From Carcharhinus amblyrhynchos (Eukaryota): a DNA stretch of 64,000 bases. Below the pieces are notes generated by a model. That model worked only from the letters and a program-made list of their open reading frames with translations. It ran no database searches and was not told the origin of the DNA. Made by a program: the position numbers and the translations under genes. The first letter of the stretch is position 1, and the number at the start of each line of letters is the position of its first letter. This document shows, piece after piece, positions 62,292-64,000 of the stretch. The DNA is taken from the NCBI GenBank assembly GCA_965287045.1, contig OZ336872.1, positions 93,744,001 to 93,808,000 of the forward strand, written 5' to 3'.

Positions 62292-63290
62292 GAGAACCTA
62301 ACCACTATCCCTTGACATTCAATCGCATTATCATCACTGAATCCCCCACTATCAACATCCTAGGGTTTACCATTGACCAGAAACTGAACTGGACTAGCCA
62401 TATAATTGATGTGGCTACAACAGCAGATCAGAGGCTGGGGATCCTGTGGTGAGGAACTCACCTCTTGATTTCCCAAAGTCTGTCCACCATTGACAAAGCA
62501 CAGATCAGGAGTGTGAAGGAATAGTCTCCACTTGCCTGGATGAGTGCAGCTCCAAAAACACTCAAGAAGCTAGACACTGTCCAGGACAAAGCATCCTGCT
62601 TGATTGGCACCCCATCCACAAACATTCACTCCCTCCACCACCAATGAATAATGGCAGTGTATACCATCTACAAGGTGCACTGCAGAAGCTAACAAAGGTT
62701 TTTTAGACATCACCTTCCAAGATCATGACCACTACCATCTAGGACAAAGGCAGTTAACACATAGAAACACTACCACTTGGAATGTCTCCTCCAAGTCACT
62801 CGCCACCCTGACTTGGAAACATATCACCGATCCTTCACTATCACTGGGTCAAAATCCGGGAACTCATTCTCCCTAACAGCACTGTGGATGTAGCTACCTA
62901 CACCACAGGGACTGCAGTGGGCGGCATGGTGGCACATGGTTAGCACTGTTGCCTCTCAGCACAAAGGAGCCGGGTTCAATTCCAGCCTTGGTTGACTGTA
63001 TAGGGATTGCACATTCTCCCTGTATCTAAGATGCTCTAGTTCCTCCCATGGACCAAAGATGTGCAGGTCAGGTGGATTGGCCATGCTAAATTGCCCTGAG
63101 TGTTAGGAGTATATCAGAGTAAATATATGAGGTTGCGGAGATAAGGCCTCTGTGGGATTGTTGTTAGTGCAGGCTTGATAGGCCAAATAGCCTCCTTCTG
63201 CACTATAAGGACTCTATGGGATTCTATGGTTCAAGAAGGCACCACTTTCTCAGGGGCAATTAGGGATGTGCAATAAATGGTAGCCTACCA
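62292..63290 (+). mobile_element. Family B LINE 3' part interrupted by an HE1-like SINE (62920-63227)
   Basis: Aligns with 9500-9605 plus 10601-11087. GACTGCAGTGG resumes as GGTTCAAGAAGGC after the SINE tail. Confidence 0.85.
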
Positions 63291-63608
63291 AAATGGCCCA
63301 GGCTACAGGTGAACAATGGCAGGAGCAGGATCATGCAACTGGGGTCACAGGGGATGAGGATCAACAGCTGGGAAGGAATTGGCCCTCAGTGGACCCAATT
63401 CTTTCTCAATGTCACATCCATTGATCAGGCATCAAGAACATTTGAATGCTGTTTGAACTGTCATTTAAGCACCATTTAAACTGAGCAATGTAAGGATATA
63501 TTGAGGCAGATACTTGGTCAAAGTAATGTGTCTTCAGCAGCATCATAAAGTAGGAAGGAAAGATAGGAAAGCAGAAGAAAAGATGAGAGGAGGAAGGAGA
63601 GACTGAGA

Positions 63609-64000
63609 GGAATGGCAAATTGCGCGGAGGGTGTGGAGAGTCTGCGGAAGGATCTAGATAGGCTGGGCGAATGGGCCAGGAACTGGCAAATGGAATTTAA
63701 TGTTGGCAAGTGTGAGATGGTCCACTTTGGTAGGAATAATGGTAGGAAGGACTATTACTTACGTGGCGAAAAACTGCAGCAGGCGACGGTGCAGAGGGAC
63801 CTCGGGGTCCTTGTGCATGAGTCGCAAAAACCCAGCCTGCAGGTGCAGCAGGTGGTCAGGAAGGCGAATGGGATGCTGGCCTTCATAGCGAGGGGGATTG
63901 AATATAAAAGTAGGGAGGTCTTGCTGCGGCTGTATAGGACATTGGTGAGGCCGCAGCTGGAGTACTGTGTGCAGTTTTGGTCGCCGCACTTACGCAAGGA
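63609..64000 (+). mobile_element. Young CR1 copy 3, 5'-truncated, running off the window end
   Basis: Near-identical to 9689-10080 and 48540-48930. Confidence 0.95.

Noticed and set aside
1-64000. CRISPR array, operon or prokaryotic defence system
   Set aside because: No regularly spaced repeat-spacer array or gene-dense region; spliceosomal exons and vertebrate retroposons explain the window.

Overview
Vertebrate genomic DNA, most likely a shark (cartilaginous fish), judged from its HE1-like SINEs and CR1/HER1-like LINEs. The only host gene is the 3' end of PAX3 on the + strand: exon 8 (4106-4352), the short terminal exon encoding SAFHYLKPDIA* (6614-6648) and a ~1.9 kb repeat-free 3'UTR. 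The remaining ~55 kb is gene-free and crowded with often nested retroelements: three young copies of one CR1 family, older CR1, L2 and other LINE relics, two Gypsy relics, Penelope-like fragments, tRNA-derived SINEs and MITE-like elements. A few AT-rich repeat-free islands may be conserved enhancers. I see no prokaryotic-type system, CRISPR array or novel protein-coding gene. The most interesting signals are three Penelope-type minimal hammerhead ribozyme motifs (one with a U3-A8 core covariation), a CR1 whose long 3'UTR carries a SINE body, the conserved PAX3 terminal exon, and a strong CTCF motif 3' of PAX3. All calls are by eye, repeat family names are from memory, and repeat boundaries are approximate unless exact junctions are given.
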